Positions 1 to 9,403 are shown, counted from the first letter of the stretch. The stretch: 64,000 nt of DNA from an uncultured Acidobacteriota bacterium (GCA_963770895.1 CAVYRF010000002.1:1824001-1888000), one strand, 5' to 3'. The notes: generated by a model not told the origin, from the sequence alone. Made by a program: numbers and translations.

Positions 1-496
1 GTCAAGCGTATCTTGCCATTTTCGTATTGCGAGAGCTGGCTGGTGGCGAAGCCGCTGGCCTTGGAAAGCTCGATTTGCGACCATCCCATGACGATCCGCA
101 AGGTCGAAAGAGCAAGGCCCAACGTTGGACGATTGCGGCGTGTCAGCCCCTGCACCACTGCGCGCGGGGCAGCATCGGGCCGGTTGCGGTGACGCCCCAG
201 GACAGTGCTCAAGGCGGGGGATAGCATTTTCGATCTACTCGCCCTCATAGCATCGGCTTTCCAGCATGGCGGTATTCACCTCGACGGCTGCCTGCGCAAA
301 CGAGCATGTGCCGCCGCCTGGGCTGGGCGCGAGCGGGTCGGCTAGCCGGCAGCATGCAAAGGACTCCAGAAATCGCTTAAGATGGGTATTCCTTGACGGA
401 TGGTCGCAACACGGACAACCAACGGCCCTGGTGTCCCGCACCGGAAGCGGTGAGCACGTGTTTGTTGAGGATGCACTTCGATGACGTGGAGGTCGC

Positions 497-2332
497 ATGG
501 TGGGAGGAGACAGGCCACCCTGGGCTAAGGCGCTGAAGGTCTTACGGCTGATCCGACGCTGGAACCGGGCACAGCTGGGGCGGGCCGCGGGCCTTTCGGC
601 GAGCGCGATCACGCGCTATGAGAAAGGGAACCGCCGGCCGGAAGAGGTGCGCAGCCTGGTATCTGTCATGGGCTACCCGCCCCTGCTTTGGGAGCGTACC
701 CTGGCGTTCGTAGCCTCTACGGAAGGCGAGCATCCGAACCAGACGGCGCCGGGTGAAACAGCGCCCTCGCCCCGCATCGACGCGCTGGTGGGTGACGCCG
801 GCCGCTGGGTGAACGAGGTGGTGCGCGAGGCCCTGACCGGGGCGTTCGACGCCCTTGGTGGGACGGGCGCGCGGCCACGGCTCAGGACGCCGCCGATCGG
901 CGAGGCGCTGGCGATCCTCCGCGCGATCCGCGGCTGGGAGCGCAAGGACCTGGCGGATGCCGTTGCCAGGCCGGAGGAAACCGTCGCCAACTACGAGTAC
1001 GGCAAGACGAAGCCCAAACTGCTGGTCCTCCAGGAGCTGCTTTCAGCGATGGGCTTCTCGTTGGCCGTCTTCGAGTGTGCGCTGGACTTCGTACGCACAG
1101 CGCAGGAGTCGCGCAGAACCCTTGCCGGCGGTGGGCGGGTACTGTCCTGGCAGGTGGAAGAGGTCGCCGCCCAGAAAGCCCGCCGCATCGAGGAGTTCAC
1201 CCGCACCGAGCTCAGCGCCCTGACGGTGGCGGCGCAGGTTCTGGCCTCGCGCGAAGCGGCACCGGTGGCGTGGAAGGCGTTCTCGGCCTGCCCCGAAGTC
1301 AGCCGGCTGGAGCTGGTGCGCCAGGTGGCCGAGTTTCAGACGGCTGGGTTCTGTGAGTTGCTGTGCGAAGAAAGTCTCGCCGCGGCGAGCGACAGCGCGA
1401 GCCGGGCGCGGCAGCTGGCCCAGCTGGCCGAGGCCACGGCCGAGCTGGCCGAGGGGGGACAGGCCTTCCGCTCACGCCTGCGCGGCTATGCCGGCGCCCA
1501 CCTCGCCAATGCCGAGCGGGTGGCTGGCCGCGATCTGCCGGCTGCCGAGGAGACGCTGGAGCGCGCCTTGGCGGCCTGGGACGCCGGTGACGGCGCCGAT
1601 TCCGGCCTGCTCAACGCGGCGCGGGTGTGCGGCCTCACCGCCTCGCTGCGGCGGGCACAACGGCGCTTGCCCGAGGCTCTGGCGGCGCTCGATGAAGGGC
1701 TCAAGATCGACCGCTGGGGAGAAACCCCCACCCTGCTGCTCGCCAAGGCGCGCGCCCTCGTCGAGTTGGGCGAGTACGGGGCTTCGATCGAGCAGTTGCG
1801 GGCCGCGGCGCCGTGGGTCCACGGCGAGCGCGAGCCGCGCAAGCTCTTTGTGATCGAGAATCTGCTGGTGTCCAACCTGTGCCGCCTGGGGCAGTTCGCC
1901 GCCGCCGAGCGGCGGTTGCCCGGACTGCGGCAGCTGGCGCTGCCCAACCGGCTCGACCTGCTGCGGGCAGCCTGGCAAACCGGCATCGTCGCGGCCGGTC
2001 TGGGGCGGGCTGACGAGGCGCTTGCCATCCTGGAGCAGGTGCGCACCGATTTCATCGCTACAGAGAACTTCTACGTTGCAGCGCTGGTCACTCTGGAGCT
2101 GGCGGAGGTACACGCCGGCCTGGGCCACACGGCCGAGGTCAAGGAGTTGGCTCGCAAGTCGGCGCCGGTGTTCGAGAACCAGCAGGTGCATTGCGAGGCG
2201 CAGCGGGCGCTGGCGCTGTTCCGCCAAGCGGCCGAGGAGGAGAAGGTCACCGGCGGGCTGCTTCGCCAGCTCATCGTCTACCTCCATCGTGCCCGGCACA
2301 ATCCGCAGCTGTGCTTCGCCACCGCCGCATGA
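497..2332 (+). CDS. XRE-family regulator with two HTH domains and a C-terminal TPR-like region (regulator R1)
   Basis: Two Cro/XRE HTH motifs (LKVLRLIRRWNRAQLGRAAGLSASAITRYEKGNRRP; LAILRAIRGWERKDLADAV...VANYEYGKTKP) followed by Ala/Leu-rich helical repeats. GGAGG RBS upstream of the ATG. Confidence 0.88.
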   Translation: MVGGDRPPWAKALKVLRLIRRWNRAQLGRAAGLSASAITRYEKGNRRPEEVRSLVSVMGYPPLLWERTLAFVASTEGEHPNQTAPGETAPSPRIDALVGDAGRWVNEVVREALTGAFDALGGTGARPRLRTPPIGEALAILRAIRGWERKDLADAVARPEETVANYEYGKTKPKLLVLQELLSAMGFSLAVFECALDFVRTAQESRRTLAGGGRVLSWQVEEVAAQKARRIEEFTRTELSALTVAAQVLASREAAPVAWKAFSACPEVSRLELVRQVAEFQTAGFCELLCEESLAAASDSASRARQLAQLAEATAELAEGGQAFRSRLRGYAGAHLANAERVAGRDLPAAEETLERALAAWDAGDGADSGLLNAARVCGLTASLRRAQRRLPEALAALDEGLKIDRWGETPTLLLAKARALVELGEYGASIEQLRAAAPWVHGEREPRKLFVIENLLVSNLCRLGQFAAAERRLPGLRQLALPNRLDLLRAAWQTGIVAAGLGRADEALAILEQVRTDFIATENFYVAALVTLELAEVHAGLGHTAEVKELARKSAPVFENQQVHCEAQRALALFRQAAEEEKVTGGLLRQLIVYLHRARHNPQLCFATAA

Positions 2333-2373
2333 CGAGGAGGGACCGAACAGAAAGAGTCCGATCCCTCGCTGCC

Positions 2374-2428
2374 TCGGCACCCGCGCTGCCGAGAGCCGCC
2401 CTGTCGCGTGGGCGGCTGCCGCTCGTGG
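2374..2428. terminator. Double hairpin between convergent R1 and peptide gene P1
   Basis: Stems ctcggca..tgccgag and agccgccc-tgtcgcgt-gggcggct lie between two convergent stop codons. The related sequence gccctgtcgcgt recurs at ~2978 and ~5437. Confidence 0.5.
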
Positions 2429-2434
2429 GCGGAT

Positions 2435-2707
2435 TCAACCGCCGTAGGGATCGGCTGCTGATCCGTCGTCGGTTTGCGCGTTGGAAGAGGTGCTGGCCGG
2501 TCGCCGGATCGTCACCTTGGCAGGCGGTGCCGCGGTCGGCTCCAGCGGCGCCAGTTCGCCGGAGAGCCATCCCCAGAGCCGGATCAACGGCTCCCAGACC
2601 GCGGCGGGCGGCTTGCCCTGCGCCTGGAGCGGTGCGGCGAAGGATGCGGTGGAGGCCACCGTCAGGGCAAGGAGCAGGGCGAGGGCGATGCTGCGAGGAA
2701 CACGCAT
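2435..2707 (-). CDS. Small secreted pro-peptide P1 (90 aa) ending in TDDGSAADPYGG
   Basis: GAAGGAG RBS before ATG 2707. Sec-type signal peptide MRVPRSIALALLLALTVASTASFA, then a Trp-rich helix and a P/A/S/T linker. Reading frame is conserved in paralog P2. Confidence 0.82.
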   Translation of the reverse strand: MRVPRSIALALLLALTVASTASFAAPLQAQGKPPAAVWEPLIRLWGWLSGELAPLEPTAAPPAKVTIRRPASTSSNAQTDDGSAADPYGG

Positions 2708-2875
2708 GCGGGACTCCTTCTGCAAAGGCGACGGCGACGCCAGCCGGAATGGCCGGCGCGGCGCCCCCCGAAAGCTAGGGTGCCCGTGCTGTCAAGGATG
2801 CGGCTGAAAGCACCCGTTTCTGTGGATCTTTTTGACGCCGCTCTGCCGGCAGTCCTTGGAGGAGCATCTTATGCT

Positions 2876-3058
2876 ATGCCAGCGAAGCGGGGGCGCAGCG
2901 ACGGGCTCGGCCTGGCACCGAGCTTTCTGCGCCAGCTCAAGGGCTGGAGCCAGGGGCAGGTGGCGACGGCGGCCGGCGCCCTGTCGCGTGGAAGGCTCAG
3001 CCGGCGGGGCAGCTGGCGCTCGCAAGCGGATTCAGCCGCCATAGGGGTCAGGTGCTGA
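2876..3058 (+). pseudogene. Truncated 5' remnant of an XRE-TPR regulator (R2)
   Basis: MPAKRGRSDGLGLAPSFLRQLKGWSQGQVATAAG matches the R3 N-terminus, then joins the downstream hairpin-motif sequence at ~2978. There is a 5-nt duplication (atgct-atgcc) at the start. Confidence 0.8.
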
Positions 3059-3304
3059 TCCCTCGTCGGTTTGCGGGTTGGAAGAGGTGCTGGCCGGCCG
3101 CTGGATCGCTCCCTTGGCAGGTTGTGCCGCGGTCGCATGCAGCGGCGCCAATTCGCCGGAGAGCCATCCCCAGAGCCTGGTCAACGGCTCCCAGACCGCG
3201 GCTGGCCGCTTGCTCTGTGCCTGGAGCGATGCGGCGAAGGATGCAGTGGCAGTCACCGTCAGGGCAAGGAGCAGGGCGAGGGCGATGCTGCGAGGGATAC
3301 GCAT
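3032..3304 (-). CDS. Small secreted pro-peptide P2 (90 aa) ending in TDEGSAPDPYGG
   Basis: GAAGGAG RBS before ATG 3304. Signal peptide MRIPRSIALALLLALTVTATASFA. Paralog of P1. Confidence 0.82.
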   Translation of the reverse strand: MRIPRSIALALLLALTVTATASFAASLQAQSKRPAAVWEPLTRLWGWLSGELAPLHATAAQPAKGAIQRPASTSSNPQTDEGSAPDPYGG

Positions 3305-3466
3305 GCGGGGCTCCTTCCGCGGAGGCGACGGCGATGCCGGCCGGAATAGCCGGCACGGCGCCCCCGAAAGCCAGGGTGCCCGTGCTGTCAAGGATGCGGC
3401 TGAAAGCACCCGTCGCTATGGATCTTTTTGACGCCGCTCTGCCGGCAGTCCTTGGAGGAGCATCTT

Positions 3467-5338
3467 ATGCCAGCGAAGTTGGGACGCGGTGACGAGCTGG
3501 GCCTGGCGCTGAGCTTCCTGCGCCAGCTCAAGGGCTGGCGGCAGGGCCAGGTGGCGGCGGCGGCCGGCGTCAGCCCGAGCGGCCTCTCTGCCCTCGAACA
3601 GGGCAAACGGCGACAACCTACGTTGAGGACCCTCGGTCCGGTCGCGGCTGCCCTCGGAGTAGACCTGGCGCTCGTGGACGAGATGGTGGCTCTGATCAGG
3701 GAACTGCGCCGCGGTGAGACGCCGAAGGCGGCGCGGGGCGGCGCAAGCTGCGATGCGGTCTTGGGCGCCGAAGCTGCCTTTCGCCAGAGGGTGAGGGAAG
3801 CGGTGATCGCAACGACTTCCCACGCGCTGGATGGTTCCGGATGCGCTCACCAGCCGAGCCGGCCACGGCTGACGGAGGTCGGCAGCGCCGAGGAGCTGGG
3901 CCTGTCGCTCACTCTTTTGCGCCAGGTGCGGGGGTGGAGGCAAAAAGACCTGGTTGCCGCCTCCGGCATCTCATTGGAGGTGATCCAGGCGATCGAGCAA
4001 GGCCGGCGGCGCCGGCTGGCGTCGGAGCTGCCGGCCATCCTGGCCGCGCTCGGCATGGATATGAGCGCCCTGGCGAAGGTAGCGGCCCTGGTGCGCCAGG
4101 TGCGCCGCCATCAGGGGACGGCGCAGCTGCCCTCGACGCTGCCATGGGCCCCACCGCCTCACGGCTGGGCTCCCGCCCTGCGCCCGGATCTCGCCGGATT
4201 GCTGCACGCCGGGGTCCAGGCCGCTAGCGCGGTGCCGCCGGATCAGGGCGAGAGGCGCCGGCGTGTGGTCGCGCTCTTGCCAGTCCTTGCCGAGTGTCCG
4301 CCGGAAGCGCAGCGGGCCCTGGCCCGCTTGGTGGCAGATCTGCGCACGCCGGAAGCGTGTCAGCTGCTGTGCGAGGAGAGTCTTGCCGCGGCGGGCGACA
4401 GCGCGAGCCGGGCGCGGCAGCTGGCCGAGCTGGCCGGGATCACAGCTGAGCTGGCCGAAGGTGGCGACGCCTTCCGCTCACGCCTGCGCGGCTATGCCGG
4501 TGTCCACCTGGCCAACGCCGAGCGGGTGGCTGGCCGCGACCTGCCGGCTGCAGGGGAGACGCTGGAGCGCGCCCTGGCAGCCTGGGACGCCGGTGCCGGC
4601 GCCGACTCCGGGCTGCTCAACGCGGCGCGGGTGTGCGGCCTCACCGCCTCGCTGCGGCGGGCGCAGCGGCGCTTGCCGGAGGCTTTGGCGGCGCTCGACG
4701 AAGCGCTGAAGATCGACCGCTGGGGCGAAACTCCCACCCTGCTGCTCGGAAAGGCCCGCGCCCTCGTCGAGCTGGGCGACTACGAAGCTTCGATCGAGCA
4801 GTTGCGGGCGGCGGCGGCGAGCGTGGAAGGCGAGCGCGAGCCGCGCAAGCCTTACCTGATCGAGAACCTGCTGGTGTCCAACCTGTGCCGCCTGGGGCAG
4901 TTCGGCGCCGCCGAGCGGCGGTTGCCCGCGTTGCGGCAGCTGGCGCTGCCCAACCGGCTCGATCTGCTGCGGGTGGCCTGGCAAACCGGCACCGTTGCGG
5001 CCGGTCTGGGGCGCACCGACCAGGCGCTTGCCGTCCTGCTGCAGGTGCGCGCCGACTTCATCGCCACGGACAACTTCTACGTTGCAGCGCTGGTGACTCT
5101 GGAGCTGGCGGAAGTACACGCCGGCCTGGGCCACACAGCCGAGGTCAAGGCGTTGGCCCGCGAGTCGGCGCCGGTGTTCGAGAACCAGCAGGTGCATCGC
5201 GAGGCGCAGCGGGCGCTGGCGCTGTTCCGCCAGGCAGCCGAGGAGGAGAGGGCCAGCGGCGAGCTGCTCCGCCAGCTCATCGTCTACCTCCACCGTGCAC
5301 GGCACGATCCGCAGCTGAGCTTCGCCGCGAGGGCATGA
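3467..5338 (+). CDS. XRE-family regulator with two HTH domains and a C-terminal TPR-like region (regulator R3)
   Basis: GGAGGAG RBS before ATG 3467. HTH motifs FLRQLKGWRQGQVAAAAGVSPSGLSALEQGKR and LLRQVRGWRQKDLVAASGISLEVIQAIEQGRR. The last 981 bp are nearly identical to R1. Confidence 0.88.
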   Translation: MPAKLGRGDELGLALSFLRQLKGWRQGQVAAAAGVSPSGLSALEQGKRRQPTLRTLGPVAAALGVDLALVDEMVALIRELRRGETPKAARGGASCDAVLGAEAAFRQRVREAVIATTSHALDGSGCAHQPSRPRLTEVGSAEELGLSLTLLRQVRGWRQKDLVAASGISLEVIQAIEQGRRRRLASELPAILAALGMDMSALAKVAALVRQVRRHQGTAQLPSTLPWAPPPHGWAPALRPDLAGLLHAGVQAASAVPPDQGERRRRVVALLPVLAECPPEAQRALARLVADLRTPEACQLLCEESLAAAGDSASRARQLAELAGITAELAEGGDAFRSRLRGYAGVHLANAERVAGRDLPAAGETLERALAAWDAGAGADSGLLNAARVCGLTASLRRAQRRLPEALAALDEALKIDRWGETPTLLLGKARALVELGDYEASIEQLRAAAASVEGEREPRKPYLIENLLVSNLCRLGQFGAAERRLPALRQLALPNRLDLLRVAWQTGTVAAGLGRTDQALAVLLQVRADFIATDNFYVAALVTLELAEVHAGLGHTAEVKALARESAPVFENQQVHREAQRALALFRQAAEEERASGELLRQLIVYLHRARHDPQLSFAARA

Positions 5339-5392
5339 GGGTCATGCAAGCACCTGGCGGCCAAGCGCGGTCCATGCCCGTCACCGGTGCCG

Positions 5393-5534
5393 CCTGAATA
5401 GCGTATGCAGGCGGAGTGCATTTTTGATCTCGAGCCGCCCTGTCGCGTCGAAGGCTCAGCGGTCCGCGCCCGTCCGTGGTGCCACTTTTTGTCCCCCTGA
5501 ATATCGTATGCAGGCCAGGTATATTTTGATCTCG
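5393..5534. promoter_or_regulatory. Two copies of a ~40-bp element containing an imperfect palindrome (candidate operators)
   Basis: cctgaatagcgtatgcaggcggagtgcatttttgatctcg (5393-5432) and cctgaatatcgtatgcaggccaggtatattttgatctcg (5496-5534). Confidence 0.5.
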
Positions 5535-5625
5535 CCGCTCGGTCGCCCGCTGGCCATTTTGGCGGTCCCGGCGACGGAGCTGACCGCGGGCGGACTGCGC
5601 CCGCTCCGCCCTGGTAGGATTGGGC

Positions 5626-6195
5626 ATGCAGCCGCGAAGCCTGATCTCGCCGGAAGGGTACAACCCCCGCGCCGTCGCCGTCCGCGCCCTGGCCGCCCAG
5701 CTGGACCCTCTCCTCAGATCGCTCGCGGCGCGGATCAAGGACGCGACCACGCCCGATCTGGAGTGGCAGCCGCGGCCCGGCACCAACACCATCGGCATGC
5801 TCCTGGCCCACATGGCCGTGACCGAAACCTTCTGGATGCAGGCCGGCGCCCAAGGCATCGACTCCCACCAGGAAGTCGACACGATCGTCCACGCGACGCT
5901 CGGCATCCACATCGACGACGACGGCCTCCCGCTGGCGCCGCACGCATCCCATCCGCCAACCCTCGCCGGCAAGACCGCGGCCGACTACCTTGACCTGCTG
6001 CACCGAGCGCGCCGGGCAACCCACGCCACCCTGCGCGCCTGGGACGATGCAGACCTGGAGCGCATCGTGACCGTCGATGGCAACCAGCTCACCCGCGGCT
6101 GGATCCTCTTTCACATCGTCGAACACTTCGCCCAGCACACCGGCCAGATCGCCCTCCTCGCGAGCCTGCGCCAGCGCACCCTCGCCGCCGGCTGA
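5626..6195 (+). CDS. DinB/DUF664-family protein
   Basis: TNTIGMLLAHMA and WILFHIVEHFAQHTGQI metal-binding His pattern. TAGGAT lies 5 nt before the ATG, which suggests a leaderless transcript. Confidence 0.85.
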   Translation: MQPRSLISPEGYNPRAVAVRALAAQLDPLLRSLAARIKDATTPDLEWQPRPGTNTIGMLLAHMAVTETFWMQAGAQGIDSHQEVDTIVHATLGIHIDDDGLPLAPHASHPPTLAGKTAADYLDLLHRARRATHATLRAWDDADLERIVTVDGNQLTRGWILFHIVEHFAQHTGQIALLASLRQRTLAAG

Positions 6196-6292
6196 TCGAG
6201 CGCCCGGCTGGGAGCTGGCGACCTCGTACTTGCTGGAGGTGTAGGCGACCGGATCGATCGCCTTGAGCGCATGGAGCTGAGCTGGTAGTCGC

Positions 6293-7129
6293 CTACGACA
6301 GATCCGTTCTAGTGAGATCCAGCAGGGCATTCCTGACAGCCCGGCGAAAGCGCCTATGTGCCTTTCCACTCCGGCCGTGCAGGACGAGGATCTTGCGATT
6401 TGCAAGGGTGTGCCGCAGAGCAGATTTCTGATCGAGATCGGACGCGCAGGAAGGGAACGGACCTTCGAACCATTCGCGGAGAGACGCTTCGTCCGCGATG
6501 AGGAGGAGTCGGGCGGGGAGGAGTTCTGGGAGAGTCTGCAATTCCCAGAGCAGGCCTTTGCCGCCAGGGCGCGATATGTCGATCACGGCGGCGTGGCAGT
6601 GCGGTGCAATGGATAAAATGAGAGGTTGCCAATCATCGTCACTCTGCACCTTGAGGCGCACGACCTGCTGCACGCTGAGCCACGCCTTGGTAGCGGGGCT
6701 CTTCGAAGTCACGGCAAGAACGCTCCGAGAGGCGAGGAATCGTCGCCAGGTGTCGGTGAAGAACAGGGCGCAGCCTCCGACCACGGTCGAGGCGATTTCT
6801 GCCCGCAGCCAGCGAGGGTGCCACAAGAATTCAACGCTCAAGAAAATGAGCGTTGACAAGGTAGTCAGGCCCAAGAACGGGGCTACAAGTTCGATGATCG
6901 AGATGGGGGTCGAGGCGGCGTCGGCCAGTGCGACGACCTGAAACGTCGTACCCAAGGCGTTGACGACGACGTCCTGGAATCTGGCGCCAGATGTGGCATC
7001 GTCGTTCGGGCGCAGGAAGAGGATCGTGCGGGTCTGGCTTGGTTTCGGCCAGCGGTGGTTCTCATTCAAGGGCCAGTCCAGCAACAGCTCGGGACCCGCA
7101 GGTGGTGTCGCAATCGACGTGAGCCGCAA
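6293..7129 (-). CDS. Hypothetical membrane protein, start uncertain (possibly 5'-truncated)
   Basis: 278-aa ORF with two hydrophobic segments and a soluble ILFLRP...SDDDWQ...VIDISR...LLWEL region. Only a TTG start with no RBS, and the frame stays open upstream. Confidence 0.55.
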   Translation of the reverse strand: MRLTSIATPPAGPELLLDWPLNENHRWPKPSQTRTILFLRPNDDATSGARFQDVVVNALGTTFQVVALADAASTPISIIELVAPFLGLTTLSTLIFLSVEFLWHPRWLRAEIASTVVGGCALFFTDTWRRFLASRSVLAVTSKSPATKAWLSVQQVVRLKVQSDDDWQPLILSIAPHCHAAVIDISRPGGKGLLWELQTLPELLPARLLLIADEASLREWFEGPFPSCASDLDQKSALRHTLANRKILVLHGRSGKAHRRFRRAVRNALLDLTRTDLS

Positions 7130-7220
7130 TGTGTGGAATGCCCTGAATGCCGCGATGGTTCTCAGGCCGGTGACGTGGCCGGCGTTGATTCCAGGCTGCG
7201 CCCCACCACGGTCTGGTGGC

Positions 7221-9293
7221 TCAATGCTCGGCGGCGCGGAGCAGCCGATCGAGGGTGGCGGATTCCACCGGCTTTACCAGGTGGACGTCGAAGCCGGCTT
7301 CCTGGGAGCGCTGCTTGTCTTCGTCGTGACCCCAGCCGCTGGCGGCGATGAGCAGGATGTGGCTGCCCCAGTCTTCGGCGCGGATGCGGCGCGCCAGGTC
7401 GTGGCCGTTGAGCTTGGGCATGGCGACGTCGAGCACCATCACGTCGGGGCGAAAGTCGCGCGCGATGGCCAGGGCCTGCTCGCCGTCGTGAGCGGTGCGC
7501 GTCTGGTGTCCCAGCAGGCTGAGCACCAGCGACAGGCTCTCCGCTGCGTCGACGTTGTCGTCCGCCACCAGGATGCGGCGGCCGGGGCTTGGCGGCGCGG
7601 TGGGGGCGAGCGCCGGCGCCGGGGAGGTGGCCGGCCGCGCCGCTGCCGTGGGCGCCAGCGGCAGGTGGACGCGAAATTCGCTGCCGGCGCCGGGTCCGTC
7701 GCTGTGCGCCTCGATGGTGCCGCCGTGCATCTCCACCAGCCGCCGCACGATGGTCAGGCCGATGCCCAGGCCGCCGCCGACCTGGGCGTGCGAGCGGTCG
7801 ACCTGCGCGAACATGTCGAAGATGCCGCTGAGCTTGGCGGCGGGGATGCCGATGCCGTTGTCGCGCACGGTGACCACCGCCGTTGCGCCGTCCTGGCGCG
7901 CCAGGGTGAGCTCGATGCGGCCGCCGTGCGGCGTGAACTTGGCGGCGTTGTTGAGCAGGTTGGCGAACACCTGCACGATGCGCGTCGGATCGGCTTCCAG
8001 CACCAGCTCTTCGCCGGGGAGCGTGACCGCCAGGGTGTGGCCGCACTGTTCGATCAGCGGCCGGCTGGTTTCGAGCGCGTCGCGCAAGGCGCCGGCGAGC
8101 GGCAGCCGGGTGCGCCGCAGGTCGACGATGCCGCGGTTCACCCGCGACAGGTCCAGCAGGTCGTCGATCAGCCGCACCATCTGAGCCAGCTGCCGCTCCA
8201 TCGTTTCCCGCGCCATCACCGCGACGTTGCCGTCGCCGGGAGCCATCTTGAGCAGTTCCAGGGCGTTGCGGATGGGAGCCAGGGGGTTGCGCAGCTCGTG
8301 CGCCAGGGTGGCCAGAAACTCGTCCTTGAGGCGGCTCGCGTCGCTCAGCTGCGCCGCGATCTGGCGAAAGCGGGCTTCGCTGGCCTGGAGGGCGACGTCG
8401 CCGCGCATGCGCTCGGTGACGTCGGCGCCTTCGACGAAGATGCCCGCCACCCTGCCGTCGCTGTCCTTGATCGGCTGGTAGACGAAGTCCACGTACCGCT
8501 CGCTGACCGCGCCGCCCGGCGTCGTCTGGACGGCGTACTTGGCGCCCCTGGCCACGTAGGCCGTGCCGCTGGTGAAAACCTCGTCGAGCAGGGTCAGGTA
8601 GCCCTGCTCCACCGCGTCCGGCAGGGCTTCGGCGACCGTCCGGCCCAGAACGGGCCGATGCCCGATCAGCTGCAGGTAGCTGGGATTGGCCAGCTCGATC
8701 CTGTGTTCGGCGCCGCGCAGCATCGCCATGAAGGTCGGCGCCTGTTCGAACAGCTGGGACAGCTGGTCGCGTTCCAGGGCCAGCCGGCGAGCCATGAGGA
8801 TCTGCTCGGTCGTCTCGGTGCAGACGACCAGGATGCCGCCGATGCCGCCGGGTGCGGTCAGCTCGTCGATCGGGCTGTAGCTGTACGTCCAGTAGACGTC
8901 TTCGCGCCGCCCATGGCGGGTGATCGGCACCAGGTGATTGACCTGCCAGGTGGCGCCGCCGCCGCTGGCGACCTGCTCGATCTGCGGGCCGATGATGTCC
9001 CAGATCTCGGCCCAGACTTCGCGCGCCGGCCGGCCCAGCGAGCCGGGGTGGCGCTCCGGTCCGATCGATTCCCGGTAGGCGTCGTTGTACAGGCAGGCCA
9101 GGTCAGGCCCCCACCAGATGTACATCGGGTGCCCGGTATTGAGCATGAGGCGCACCACCGTGCGCAGCGATTGCGGCCAGCCGGCGGGCGGGCCGAGCGA
9201 CGACGCGGTCCAGTCGTGCGCGCGCATCAACGCCCCCATCTCGCCGCCGCCGCTCAGAAAGCTGGGCTCGGTCGTCTCGGGTCCCACACTCAT
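7221..9293 (-). CDS. PAS-domain hybrid sensor histidine kinase/response regulator
   Basis: DWTASSLGPPAGWPQSL N-terminus, PAS domains, H-box LAHELRNPL, NLLNNAAKFT, DNGIGI, GLGIGL, and a C-terminal REC domain (VADDN, LDVAMP, KP). Confidence 0.95.
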   Translation of the reverse strand: MSVGPETTEPSFLSGGGEMGALMRAHDWTASSLGPPAGWPQSLRTVVRLMLNTGHPMYIWWGPDLACLYNDAYRESIGPERHPGSLGRPAREVWAEIWDIIGPQIEQVASGGGATWQVNHLVPITRHGRREDVYWTYSYSPIDELTAPGGIGGILVVCTETTEQILMARRLALERDQLSQLFEQAPTFMAMLRGAEHRIELANPSYLQLIGHRPVLGRTVAEALPDAVEQGYLTLLDEVFTSGTAYVARGAKYAVQTTPGGAVSERYVDFVYQPIKDSDGRVAGIFVEGADVTERMRGDVALQASEARFRQIAAQLSDASRLKDEFLATLAHELRNPLAPIRNALELLKMAPGDGNVAVMARETMERQLAQMVRLIDDLLDLSRVNRGIVDLRRTRLPLAGALRDALETSRPLIEQCGHTLAVTLPGEELVLEADPTRIVQVFANLLNNAAKFTPHGGRIELTLARQDGATAVVTVRDNGIGIPAAKLSGIFDMFAQVDRSHAQVGGGLGIGLTIVRRLVEMHGGTIEAHSDGPGAGSEFRVHLPLAPTAAARPATSPAPALAPTAPPSPGRRILVADDNVDAAESLSLVLSLLGHQTRTAHDGEQALAIARDFRPDVMVLDVAMPKLNGHDLARRIRAEDWGSHILLIAASGWGHDEDKQRSQEAGFDVHLVKPVESATLDRLLRAAEH

Positions 9294-9403
9294 TCCTAAA
9301 TCCCTTTGTGATAGCAATTTACCTTACCACAACGAGACGGTGCGGGGCCGTGGCCGGGGTGCGCCGGCGACGCTTCGCGGAGTGCGCTATCGTCCCGAGC
9401 GAC

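Larger units (their letters stand above)
2435..3568. repeat. Tandem duplication, unit ~600 bp (peptide gene + divergent intergenic region + regulator 5' end)
   Basis: ~2435-2978 aligns by eye with ~3032-3568 across the peptide ORF, the intergenic region, the GGAGGAGCATCTTATG start and the first ~34 regulator codons. Confidence 0.85.

Noticed and set aside
266-484. 72-aa ORF upstream of R1 as another peptide gene
   Set aside because: No RBS, signal peptide or DPxG motif; cannot be supported.
2435-3304. P1/P2 as RiPP precursors
   Set aside because: They have Sec-type signal peptides and no modifying enzyme is encoded nearby; a signalling pro-peptide fits better, though a distant maturase cannot be excluded.
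6960-9299. 779-aa plus-strand ORF, and similar long shadow ORFs (13695-15836, 42161-44416, 46624-48912, 51746-54832, 60831-63431)
   Set aside because: Antisense or alternate-frame shadows of well-supported genes, expected at this GC content; they carry no motifs.
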